From assembly GCA_043820925.1 (NCBI GenBank), contig JBDRDL010000079.1:1-19379 (forward strand): 19,379 nt of DNA, in the 5' to 3' direction. The position numbers and the translations under genes are program-made. Positions 9,584-17,461 of this stretch are shown in pieces; positions within the stretch are counted from its first letter, which is position 1, and each line of letters starts with the position of its first letter. This DNA comes from Methanobacteriota archaeon (GTDB taxonomy: Archaea; Hydrothermarchaeota; Hydrothermarchaeia; Hydrothermarchaeales; JACRDW01). The notes beneath the pieces were generated by a model. That model did not search any database. It was not told the DNA's origin and saw only the letters and a program-made list of their open reading frames with translations.

Positions 9584-10210
9584 ATGATTGTTACTAAGGG
9601 AAAGCCAATGGAGGAGCTGCTGGAGATAATCAAACCATACAAGAAAGTAGCGATAATGGGGTGCGGGGGCTGCGCTACGGTTTACGAGACCGGTGGCAGG
9701 AGGCAGGTCAGCAAGCTTGCCTCGAAGCTGGGCAACGTGGTTGTTTCCGGAGTAATACCCCGCCTGTGCTCCATAGAGATGGTAAAAACTAAGATGCCAA
9801 GGGAAATTGAGGGGACAGCTGCGATAATAGTTTTATCCTGCGGAATTGGAGTTCAGACGGTTGCAGAGTTTTTGTCTGAAAAAGTTGTGATACCTGGCTT
9901 GGATACTTTCTTCATGGGCAGGAGAGAGGATAACTTTTTTGTGGAATTCTGCCTCGGCTGCGGGAACTGCATACTGCACACCACTGGAGGGATATGTCCA
10001 ATCGCAAGGTGCCCGAAGAGCATGCTCAACGGACCCTGCGGCGGAGTTTATAATGGTAAATGCGAAACAGACAGAACCAGAGACTGCGCTTGGATGCTCA
10101 TATACAGCAAGCTGAAATCCCAGACAAAGCTGCACCTGATTAGAAGTGCTGCAGCTCCAAAAGACTTCATAAAGATTGCGCATACGAGAAAGATTGGAGG
10201 CGCAAAATGA
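9584..10210 (+). CDS. metV: MetV-like Cys-rich subunit of methylenetetrahydrofolate reductase (MTHFR_C domain)
   Basis: GCGGC, LSCGIGVQ, CLGCGNC.L..TGGICPIARCPKSMLNGPCGG...GKCE...CAW; ATGA-coupled to metF. Confidence 0.88.
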   Translation: MIVTKGKPMEELLEIIKPYKKVAIMGCGGCATVYETGGRRQVSKLASKLGNVVVSGVIPRLCSIEMVKTKMPREIEGTAAIIVLSCGIGVQTVAEFLSEKVVIPGLDTFFMGRREDNFFVEFCLGCGNCILHTTGGICPIARCPKSMLNGPCGGVYNGKCETDRTRDCAWMLIYSKLKSQTKLHLIRSAAAPKDFIKIAHTRKIGGAK

Positions 10211-11097
10211 GCTTCAGCAATCTAATGCGCTCTATCGAATCTAAAAAATTCACAATAACAGGGGAGATAGACCCTCCAAAGGGAGCGGATAGGAAAGCTG
10301 TAATTCGCCAGGCGAAACTGCTCAAGGGTAACGTGGTCGCTGCGAACGTTACTGATAATCCCCTCGGGATAATGCTCATGGGAGGTTTAGCGTGCTGCGC
10401 AATAATGCAGAACGAGGTAGGATTAGAAGCTATTTATCAGCTAACCTGCCGAGACAGGAACAGAATTGCGCTCCAGAGCGATGTTCTCGGCGCAGCTGCA
10501 CTTGGAATACGCAACGTTCTCGCTCTTACCGGAGACCATCCCAGCCTGGGAGACCATCCACAGGCAAAGCCTGTTTTTGATTTAGACTCTGTGCAGCTGA
10601 CTGCGATGCTCAGAAAGATGGTAAGCGAGAAAACGGATTTGGCAGGCAACAAGCTCAACGTTGCGCCTGAGATGCACATAGGCGTTGCTCTCAGCCCGGG
10701 CTTATCGCCTCTAGAGCCTGAGATAATAAAGTTTGAGAAGAAGATAAAAGCTGGTGCAGAATTTGCGCAGACGCAGGTTGTGTACGACATCAAAGTTATG
10801 GAAAAGCTAAAGGATGCAATAGAGCACTTGGATATCCCTGTCTTAGTCGGCATAGCTCCTTTAAAATCTATAGGAATGGCAAAATTCATGGCAAAGAATG
10901 TGCCTGGAGTAGTAATCCCTGAAGAAATTATGGAAAAACTCGAGAAATCTAAGAACATCAAGGAAACTACCATCGAGATAACAGCAGAGCTGCTAAGAGA
11001 TATAAAGGAAATCGGATTTGCAGGTGCCCATATAATGCCAGTTGGAATGGATGCTGAGGTTGGGGAAATAATAAAACGCTCCGGGGCGCGAGCGTAA
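10207..11097 (+). CDS. metF: Methylenetetrahydrofolate reductase flavoprotein, MetVF-type
   Basis: GEIDPPKG, NVTDNP, QLTCRDRNRIALQSD, LTGDHP..GDHP.AKPVFDLDS, GAEFAQTQ. Confidence 0.92.
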   Translation: MSFSNLMRSIESKKFTITGEIDPPKGADRKAVIRQAKLLKGNVVAANVTDNPLGIMLMGGLACCAIMQNEVGLEAIYQLTCRDRNRIALQSDVLGAAALGIRNVLALTGDHPSLGDHPQAKPVFDLDSVQLTAMLRKMVSEKTDLAGNKLNVAPEMHIGVALSPGLSPLEPEIIKFEKKIKAGAEFAQTQVVYDIKVMEKLKDAIEHLDIPVLVGIAPLKSIGMAKFMAKNVPGVVIPEEIMEKLEKSKNIKETTIEITAELLRDIKEIGFAGAHIMPVGMDAEVGEIIKRSGARA

Positions 11098-11706
11098 ATG
11101 CGTGTTTTTGTCTTGCTTCCTGTTAAGCTTTCAGAAGCCAAGACAAGACTTTCGAATATTTTTTCAGAAGAAGAAAGAGCAGAGCTGGTGCTGTGCATGC
11201 TTAAAGACGTGCTCGACCCGCTTAAAGGCATGGATGTCGTTGTCATAAGTCCTGACGACTTGAGAAAAAAGCTAGACTACGATTTCCATTTTATCTTGGA
11301 GAAAGAAAGAAAAGGGTTGAATACTGCGGTCGAGCAAGCAAATAAATATGCGATTGATAATAGCACAGATGCAACGCTTTTCGTTCCTGCTGATGCGCCG
11401 CTAATAAAGAAAGGTCATGTGAAAGAAATTCTGGGGCTGGGAAAAAAACATAAACTAATAATCTCCCCTTCCAGAAGGTGCGGCACCGGAATATTATTCA
11501 GAAGACCGCCAGACATAATCAAAGGAAGATTCACAAACACCAGCTTTGAGGACCACAGGGAAGAGGCAGCGCTGCGAGGAGTTGAGATGTACGTTTACGA
11601 TTCATTTTCTCTATCTCTCGACATTGATACGCCGGAAGACATTCAAGAATTTTTACTGCACGGCAGGGGGACAAGAACTTACGAATTTTTGATTTCTCGA
11701 ATATAA
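11098..11706 (+). CDS. cofC: CofC-family guanylyltransferase (F420 biosynthesis)
   Basis: LPVK...AKTRLS...EER..L...ML.DVL, GLN.AV, PADAPL, SF..H and DIDTPEDI motifs. Confidence 0.92.
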   Translation: MRVFVLLPVKLSEAKTRLSNIFSEEERAELVLCMLKDVLDPLKGMDVVVISPDDLRKKLDYDFHFILEKERKGLNTAVEQANKYAIDNSTDATLFVPADAPLIKKGHVKEILGLGKKHKLIISPSRRCGTGILFRRPPDIIKGRFTNTSFEDHREEAALRGVEMYVYDSFSLSLDIDTPEDIQEFLLHGRGTRTYEFLISRI

Positions 11707-11714
11707 ATCATCCC

Positions 11715-11728
11715 AATAAAATATATAA
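11715..11728 (+). promoter_or_regulatory. BRE/TATA of probable leaderless purP operon promoter
   Basis: AATAAAA followed by TATATAA, about 24 nt upstream of ATG 11753. Confidence 0.5.
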
Positions 11729-11752
11729 CCTATGATTTATAATTTTTGATAG

Positions 11753-12850
11753 ATGATATCCAGAGAAGAAATTTTTAAAGTAGTAAAAGGCTACGGCAGG
11801 GATATAACAGTCGGAGTCATCGGAAGCCACTCTGCGCTTGAAATTGCGCACGGTGCGAAGCAGGAGGGCTGCAAAACTCTTGTCGTGTGCCAGAAGGGGA
11901 GGGAAAAGACCTACACTGAGTATTACAAAAACTTGTTTGACTACCCGCTGGTTTTAGAAAAATTCGCAGACATGGTTAAAGAGGAAAACCAAAAGAAAAT
12001 GCGTGCGCTGAACACCATCTTCATTCCCAGCCGCTCTTTCTCGGTCTACGTTGGCTACAAAAATATTGAGAATGAATTTTTAGTCCCAATACTCGGCAGC
12101 CGTTTCATGTTACGCACCGAAGAGCGCAGCGAGCCGAAAAATCAGTACTATTTGCTTAAAAAAGCTGGAATAAAAATGCCGAGAACATTTAAATCATCTG
12201 AAGAAATCGACAGACTGGCGATAGTTAAAGTCCTGGAAAAAAAGCGCAGGCTGGAGCGAGCTTTCTTTTATGCCTCATCTCCAGAAGAATTCGAAGAGAA
12301 GGCTAAAGAAAGAATAAAGAAGGGCATGATTGAAGAGAACGACCTTAAAAAAGCGGTTATCGAGGAATATGTACTCGGAGCGAAGTTCAATGCAAACTTC
12401 TTCTGGTCGCCGCTGACAGAAGAATTAGACCTGCTCGGTTTCGACAGAAGAATCCAGACTGATTTAGATGGAGTTCTTGACTTGCCTGCAAGCGAGCAGT
12501 TAGAGTTGCGAATAGCAACCCAAAATATAGAAATTGGGCACTACGGCGCTACGATGCGTGAATCACAGCTCGAAAAAATCTTCGAGGCAGGCGAAAAGTT
12601 TGTGGAAGTTTGCAAAAAAGAATTTCCTCCAGGAATGATAGGCTTATTTGCGTTGCAGGGCGCAGTTGACAAAAACCTCGACTTCTATGTTTTCGACGTT
12701 TCACCCAGAATACCCGGCTGCCCGTGCGTGGAGTCGACTTCACCCTACATGAAGTACAAATATATGAGGGAAGTAGGTCCGGGAAGAAGGGTTGCGATGG
12801 AGATAAAAGAGGCGAAGAAAAAAAAGAGACTGCGAGAAATTGTTACGTGA
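11753..12850 (+). CDS. PurP-like ATP-grasp protein (divergent FAICAR synthetase paralog)
   Basis: IGSHSALEIAHGAK, ERAFF, FDRRIQTDLDG, EIGH..ATMRES, GMIGLFALQG, FDVSPRIPG. Confidence 0.88.
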   Translation: MISREEIFKVVKGYGRDITVGVIGSHSALEIAHGAKQEGCKTLVVCQKGREKTYTEYYKNLFDYPLVLEKFADMVKEENQKKMRALNTIFIPSRSFSVYVGYKNIENEFLVPILGSRFMLRTEERSEPKNQYYLLKKAGIKMPRTFKSSEEIDRLAIVKVLEKKRRLERAFFYASSPEEFEEKAKERIKKGMIEENDLKKAVIEEYVLGAKFNANFFWSPLTEELDLLGFDRRIQTDLDGVLDLPASEQLELRIATQNIEIGHYGATMRESQLEKIFEAGEKFVEVCKKEFPPGMIGLFALQGAVDKNLDFYVFDVSPRIPGCPCVESTSPYMKYKYMREVGPGRRVAMEIKEAKKKKRLREIVT

Positions 12851-12859
12851 GGGATGTAA

Positions 12860-13945
12860 ATGATTCCACAGGATGAAATTCTTGACCTGCTCGGTAAATA
12901 CGACCGCAAGAAAATTACAGTGGCAACGCTGGGCAGCCACTCTGCGCTGCAGATTTTGAAAGGTGCAAGGGAAGAGGGATTCAAGACGCTCGTAATATGC
13001 AGGGAGGGCAGGGAGATAGTCTACGAGAGGTTCAGGGCTGCGGATGAAATTATAATTTTAAAGGACTACAAGGAAGTTCTTAAAAGCGAAATGCTCAAAA
13101 AGCTTCAGGAGAAAAACTGCGTTTTTGTTCCTCACGGGTCGCTAATCGCTTATGTCGGAGCTGAGAGCATTGAAAATAAACTCAGGCTACCCTTGATTGG
13201 AAACAGGGGAATCTTCAGATACGAGGCTGACAGGAGCGCCGAAAGGCGCTGGTTAGAGGAAGCGAATATAAAGATGCCGAAGGAAACGAAAAATCCAAGG
13301 GAGATAAGCGCTCTCTCTATAGTAAAATTTCCGGGAGCAAAGGGAGGTAGAGGCTACTTCCTCGTGAGCAGCCACAGGGAGTTCATAAGAAAATCCAAGA
13401 AAATGCTTGAGAAAAAAAGGATAACCGAAGAAGACCTGAAAAAAGCAACAATTCAGGAGTACATTCCAGGAGTTAATGTCTACATCTCTTATTTTTACTC
13501 GCCGCTTAAAAACGAGGTTGAGCTCTTTGGAATGGACAGGCGCTACGAAGCAAACATAGATGGTATGGCGAGAATCCCCGCAGCAGACCAGATAAATTCG
13601 TACATAGAGCCGAGCTATGTCGTTGTGGGGAATGCGCCAATCGTGGCGAGGGAATCCCTGCTCGGAGAGGTTTTCAGAATGGGCGATAGAATAGTCGAGG
13701 TTTCTAAAAAAATCGCTCCGCCAGGAATGCTCGGCGCATTTTGCCTGGAAACAATGGTTACTCACAAGCTTGAGTTCATAGCTTTTGAAATCTCTACCCG
13801 AATAGTTGCTGGAACGAATCCATTCACCGCAGGCTCTCCCTACAGCTATTTGTTATACGGCAACAACATGAGCATGGGGCGCAGAATAGCGGTTGAGCTG
13901 AAGAATGCGCTTAGAGAGGGAAAGGAAAAACTGCTGATAACGTGA
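12860..13945 (+). CDS. purP: Formate-dependent FAICAR synthetase
   Basis: ATLGSHSALQILKGA, VPHGS, KFPGAKGGRGYF, DRRYE.N.DG, GN.P...RESLL, FCLE, FEISTRIVAGTN. Confidence 0.94.
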   Translation: MIPQDEILDLLGKYDRKKITVATLGSHSALQILKGAREEGFKTLVICREGREIVYERFRAADEIIILKDYKEVLKSEMLKKLQEKNCVFVPHGSLIAYVGAESIENKLRLPLIGNRGIFRYEADRSAERRWLEEANIKMPKETKNPREISALSIVKFPGAKGGRGYFLVSSHREFIRKSKKMLEKKRITEEDLKKATIQEYIPGVNVYISYFYSPLKNEVELFGMDRRYEANIDGMARIPAADQINSYIEPSYVVVGNAPIVARESLLGEVFRMGDRIVEVSKKIAPPGMLGAFCLETMVTHKLEFIAFEISTRIVAGTNPFTAGSPYSYLLYGNNMSMGRRIAVELKNALREGKEKLLIT

Positions 13946-13955
13946 TGAAAATCGT

Positions 13956-14009
13956 TCCCTACAAAAATCCCAACAAACGTTAAAGTGGGACATATTTTTA
14001 TGTGGGACT
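13956..14009 (+). promoter_or_regulatory. Promoter and putative operator boxes of the second AbrB-PIN pair
   Basis: GTGGGAC twice (13985-13991, 14002-14008) plus inverted-sense TCCCTAC (13956-13962) and TCCCAAC (13968-13974), flanking a TTAAAG TATA-like box about 25 nt upstream of the ATG. Confidence 0.55.
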
Positions 14010-14231
14010 ATGACAGAAGTGGAAATTATCGGCGAAATTGATGCGAAGGGGAGAATGACGTTGACAAAAGAGCTAAGGGAGAGGTACGGGCTCAAGCCAA
14101 AGGATAGAGTTAGATTAAAACTCATCGAAGCCATGCCGAGGAAGTCCTTCTTAAAAGAATGTGTCGGTGTGCTCGAAGGAGAAGGCGACGCAGTTAAGCT
14201 GCTGCACAAGAAATCACCATTCAGGTTTTAA
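14010..14231 (+). CDS. AbrB/MazE/SpoVT-family antitoxin
   Basis: IDAKGRMTLTKELRERYGLKPKDRV AbrB signature, upstream of a PIN gene. Confidence 0.88.
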   Translation: MTEVEIIGEIDAKGRMTLTKELRERYGLKPKDRVRLKLIEAMPRKSFLKECVGVLEGEGDAVKLLHKKSPFRF

Positions 14232-14240
14232 GGAGAAGCT

Positions 14241-14645
14241 ATGAGATACCTCGACGCAAGCGTTCCGCTCTGCGTAATGACAAAAGAGCCGAAGAAATAC
14301 TATGGAAGATGCGTCGAAATCATGAACAAAATCGAGCAGGGCAAAGAGAGCGCAGTTGCCAGCGTTTTTACCATCGCCGAAATAGGATATATTCTGGAAC
14401 GCAGAGAGGGATTAGCTGGAGAAAAGCTAAACGAAATGCTCCTCTCGCTGCTTGACTGCCTCGGTCTAAAGTTGCTTGACGTAGAAGCGATTGTTTGCAG
14501 AGAGGCTCTTGAATTAAGAAGCGAATACGGGATAGACTTCGTGGACGCTTACAACGTGCTCACCATGCGCAGGAACGGCATTAAAGAAATTTACTCACTG
14601 GACGAGCATTACGATGCGTTCACCGATATAAAGCGGAGGATATAA
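14241..14645 (+). CDS. vapC: PIN-domain VapC-like toxin
   Basis: YLDASV, TIAEI, DFVDAY, IYSLDEHYD; SD AAGGAG upstream. Confidence 0.9.
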   Translation: MRYLDASVPLCVMTKEPKKYYGRCVEIMNKIEQGKESAVASVFTIAEIGYILERREGLAGEKLNEMLLSLLDCLGLKLLDVEAIVCREALELRSEYGIDFVDAYNVLTMRRNGIKEIYSLDEHYDAFTDIKRRI

Positions 14646-14648
14646 AGT

Positions 14649-15548
14649 ATGAAAATAACTCCACTTGCCAGCGACTCTCTGGGAACGAGAAGCATGGCAA
14701 CTTGCGTGGAGACTGGCGACGTTAAAATTTTAATTGACCCGGGCGTGTCTCTTGCGCCATCTCGCTATGGTTTGCCTCCTCATCCAATAGAATTTCAGAG
14801 AATGAATAAGCACTGGGGCGGCATTAAAAAATTTGCAAAGAAAGCGGAAGTTTTAATCGTTTCTCACTACCACTACGACCATCACGACCCTACTGAACCA
14901 GAGCTGTATAAAGACAAAGTTGCTCTTTTGAAACACCCGACCGAGAAAATAAACCGCAGCCAGGAAGAGAGAGCGAAGTTTTTTCTGGAGCAGCTGGAGG
15001 GGATACCAGAAAGAATCGAGTACTGCGACGGTAGGGAATTCTCATTTGGTGGCACAAAAATAAAATTCTCGCAGCCGGTATTTCACGGAACGAATAACAA
15101 ATTAGGCTACGTGGTCGAAATCTCTATCTCAGACGAAAACTTCAAATTTGTATTCACTTCTGACGTTGAAGGACCGAGCGTGAGAGACCAGGTATCTTTT
15201 ATACTTGAAGAGAAACCGAATATAATTTACGCAGACGGTCCGTTATCCTACATGCTCGGGTATCGCTACTCTCAGGCGAGTCTAAACGCTTCTGTAAATA
15301 ATATTATCGAGATTTTCAGAGAAACGCCGGTAGAGAAGTTTGTAATAGACCATCACTTTCTCAGAGATATAAAATGGAAGGAGAGAATAAAGCCTGCCTT
15401 CGATGCCGCTGAGAACGTGCAAATATTAACTGCTGCAGAGTTTTCTGGTCAGAGAAACGATTTGCTGGAGGCTAGGAGAAAAGAAGTATATGAGAAATAT
15501 GCCGAAGCTAGGATACCGAAAAATAAATTGCAGAGAGTGAAAAAATGA
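14649..15548 (+). CDS. Metallo-beta-lactamase-fold hydrolase (UPF0282-like)
   Basis: LASDSLGTRSMAT, IDPGVSLAP.RYGLPPHP.E, SHYHYDHH, SDVEGP, IDHHFLRD, LLEARR. Confidence 0.87.
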   Translation: MKITPLASDSLGTRSMATCVETGDVKILIDPGVSLAPSRYGLPPHPIEFQRMNKHWGGIKKFAKKAEVLIVSHYHYDHHDPTEPELYKDKVALLKHPTEKINRSQEERAKFFLEQLEGIPERIEYCDGREFSFGGTKIKFSQPVFHGTNNKLGYVVEISISDENFKFVFTSDVEGPSVRDQVSFILEEKPNIIYADGPLSYMLGYRYSQASLNASVNNIIEIFRETPVEKFVIDHHFLRDIKWKERIKPAFDAAENVQILTAAEFSGQRNDLLEARRKEVYEKYAEARIPKNKLQRVKK

Positions 15549-15871
15549 CGACTTGCTTTTACTGCGGAGACCAGGAGATAATGCCATTTACATGCAAATT
15601 CTGCGGGGAGCGATTCTGCAGAGAGCACCGCCTGCCAGAAAATCATGAGTGCATAGGCTTGCAGAAGTTTAAAGAAGAGCGAGGTAAAGAGCCAGAAAAA
15701 TGGATATACGAGCCGTTCCAGGAGAAGTATAAAAGAGAAGCAGGGCGCAGGATGCCGAAGTCGATAGCCGAGAAGATTTTATATGCTTTGAAAAATCTCA
15801 ACACCAAAACGATTCTGTATATAATACTCTTGATTATTCTGATTGTTTTAGTTTGGGAAGCGATTAGATAG
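15545..15871 (+). CDS. AN1-type zinc finger protein with C-terminal transmembrane anchor
   Basis: CFYCG...PFTCKFCGERFCREHRLPENHEC AN1 motif; hydrophobic ILYIILLIILIVLVW tail; ATGA overlap with the hydrolase. Confidence 0.88.
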   Translation: MTTCFYCGDQEIMPFTCKFCGERFCREHRLPENHECIGLQKFKEERGKEPEKWIYEPFQEKYKREAGRRMPKSIAEKILYALKNLNTKTILYIILLIILIVLVWEAIR

Positions 15872-15885
15872 CGGTGCAAATCTTA

Positions 15886-16239
15886 TTAGCCATTGCTCTC
15901 CTCCAGCTCTTCCTTCACTTTTAGTATTTTAGTCCTCAAATCGAAAATGTCCTCCCTAACAACCTTCCAAGTTCTCTCTAAGTTTACCCCAGAGTACTCG
16001 TGGATAAGAATATCTCTCATTCCTGCAATCTTCCTCCAAGGTATTTCTGGGTATTTATCTCTAAACTCTTGAGGAATATTCTTTACAGCTTCGCCTATAA
16101 TTTCTAACCGTCTTAAAACAGCATCCTGAACCTGAGTATTCTCATAAAAATCATCCTCTGTGATTTCTCTTGTGTATTCTTCTATCTTCGTAATGCTTTC
16201 TAAAATATCCTCTATATAGACCCTCATATCCCTTTTCAT
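15886..16239 (-). CDS. HEPN/DUF86 ribonuclease toxin (HepT-like)
   Basis: [32 protein letters not shown] with an intact RxxxxHxY motif. Confidence 0.92.
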   Translation of the reverse strand: MKRDMRVYIEDILESITKIEEYTREITEDDFYENTQVQDAVLRRLEIIGEAVKNIPQEFRDKYPEIPWRKIAGMRDILIHEYSGVNLERTWKVVREDIFDLRTKILKVKEELEESNG

Positions 16240-16523
16240 AGGACTATCACCTGTTCGTTCAGAATCCTCTCTCTAAGAAGAGGTTTGATTGTATTGTATT
16301 CCACTAGATCAATTTTCCTCCCCAAAGCTTCTTCGATTTCCAGTTTAATTCCTACAAAATCAAGTAAACTGATATCCTTCTCAATCTCCACCAATATATC
16401 AATATCGCTATCCTCTCTCATCTCCCCTCGAACACATGAACCAAATAACCCTACTCTTTTAACTCCATAACGCTGCAAAATTGGGAGAACTTTTTGCTTT
16501 ATCTCCTCAATATGTGTTTTCAT
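16236..16523 (-). CDS. Minimal nucleotidyltransferase antitoxin (MntA-like)
   Basis: [20 protein letters not shown] (GS-x10-DxD), [12 protein letters not shown] overlap with the HEPN gene; upstream SD and TATATAA (16558-16564). Confidence 0.92.
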   Translation of the reverse strand: MKTHIEEIKQKVLPILQRYGVKRVGLFGSCVRGEMREDSDIDILVEIEKDISLLDFVGIKLEIEEALGRKIDLVEYNTIKPLLRERILNEQVIVL

Positions 16524-16614
16524 ATTACCACCTTATCCGCCATTTCATATAACTTCATTATATACGCATTGCAGATATACTCCCTTGGATGAATCTTCCA
16601 TCTCCCTAAGGATA

Positions 16615-17460
16615 TTAATTCTCTGTGCTATTAAATTCCTTCTTCAATTTTCCGAAAGTTTCCACTCTTTCCGCAAGCGAATTGTAGGTAAACAAAGATT
16701 CCTCCGCAACGCATCTTGCAGTGATTTTTGTCTCGCCCGGCAGGTTAAACTTGTTTACAACGCCCCTGAGCATGCCCTCAACAACTGTTTCAACTGACTT
16801 GTACCGGCGGTGCGCCTTTGTAATGACCTGCTTTTCTTCCTTCTCTGTCAAAAATCCATACGCCTTTGCGCTCATGGATTCTTCCAGTATCGCAACGAGG
16901 TCTTCAATTTTTATGAAATATCCTTCTGGAACTTCTATAATCAGCGTCGCATTTGCCCTCTGAGTCGGGCATACTTCGCTGCCGTTGGAAGGATGGATGA
17001 TTACTCCCTTTATTTCAACTCCAACCTCTTTCTCCATCTCGGGTTTAGCGCCCTTGTGTGCACTTGCGTTAGCAAGCAATTTAACGAACTCCTGCATTTT
17101 TTGCCCTGCCGGAGTCTTCCGCATCATCATCAACTTGCTTTCCATGCCAACCTCGCATCTAGTTGCATATTCGTGCCTCTTCGTTATCTCTCTAACAATA
17201 TCCTCGCACAAGCCCTCGAGCTCGTAAACAGGCTTTTTTGTTATGTCTTCCAAAATTTCGTTAATCGCCTCTAGATTTCTGGACATGTGGGTGCCTTTTT
17301 GCGAGGACGGCAGGTCGACGAAGCAGTTTAAATTCACCAGTAAAATAATTGGTCTCTTTCCCTTCCTTGGTATTCTTATAAGTTTTCGTACGTTGGTTAC
17401 CCCGACCCTCGTCAGGGGCAGCTTTATCTCGGGCAGCCTCGTCTGAACATCTGGAATCAT
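16615..17460 (-). CDS. mptA: GTP cyclohydrolase MptA/FolE2-family homolog with degenerate catalytic motifs
   Basis: N-half is canonical (IPDVQ, LTRVGV, KRP, FVDLP..QKGTHMSRN, HEYA); C-half motifs are altered. Start placed at ATG 17460 (MIPDVQ, SD AAGGAG) rather than TTG 17526; 281 aa. Confidence 0.85.
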   Translation of the reverse strand: MIPDVQTRLPEIKLPLTRVGVTNVRKLIRIPRKGKRPIILLVNLNCFVDLPSSQKGTHMSRNLEAINEILEDITKKPVYELEGLCEDIVREITKRHEYATRCEVGMESKLMMMRKTPAGQKMQEFVKLLANASAHKGAKPEMEKEVGVEIKGVIIHPSNGSEVCPTQRANATLIIEVPEGYFIKIEDLVAILEESMSAKAYGFLTEKEEKQVITKAHRRYKSVETVVEGMLRGVVNKFNLPGETKITARCVAEESLFTYNSLAERVETFGKLKKEFNSTEN

Positions 17461-17461
17461 T

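Noticed and set aside
10531..10559. GGAGACCATCC direct repeat in metF
   Set aside because: Explained by the conserved GDHPxxGDHP protein motif.
10437..11246. 269-aa minus-strand ORF and similar antisense ORFs over the aha genes, mtd, cofGH and purP
   Set aside because: Shadow frames of well-supported genes, with no motifs.
16524..16614. Spacer between mptA and the MNT gene as a structured RNA
   Set aside because: Only weak imperfect stems; the proximal half is explained by the TA promoter and SD.
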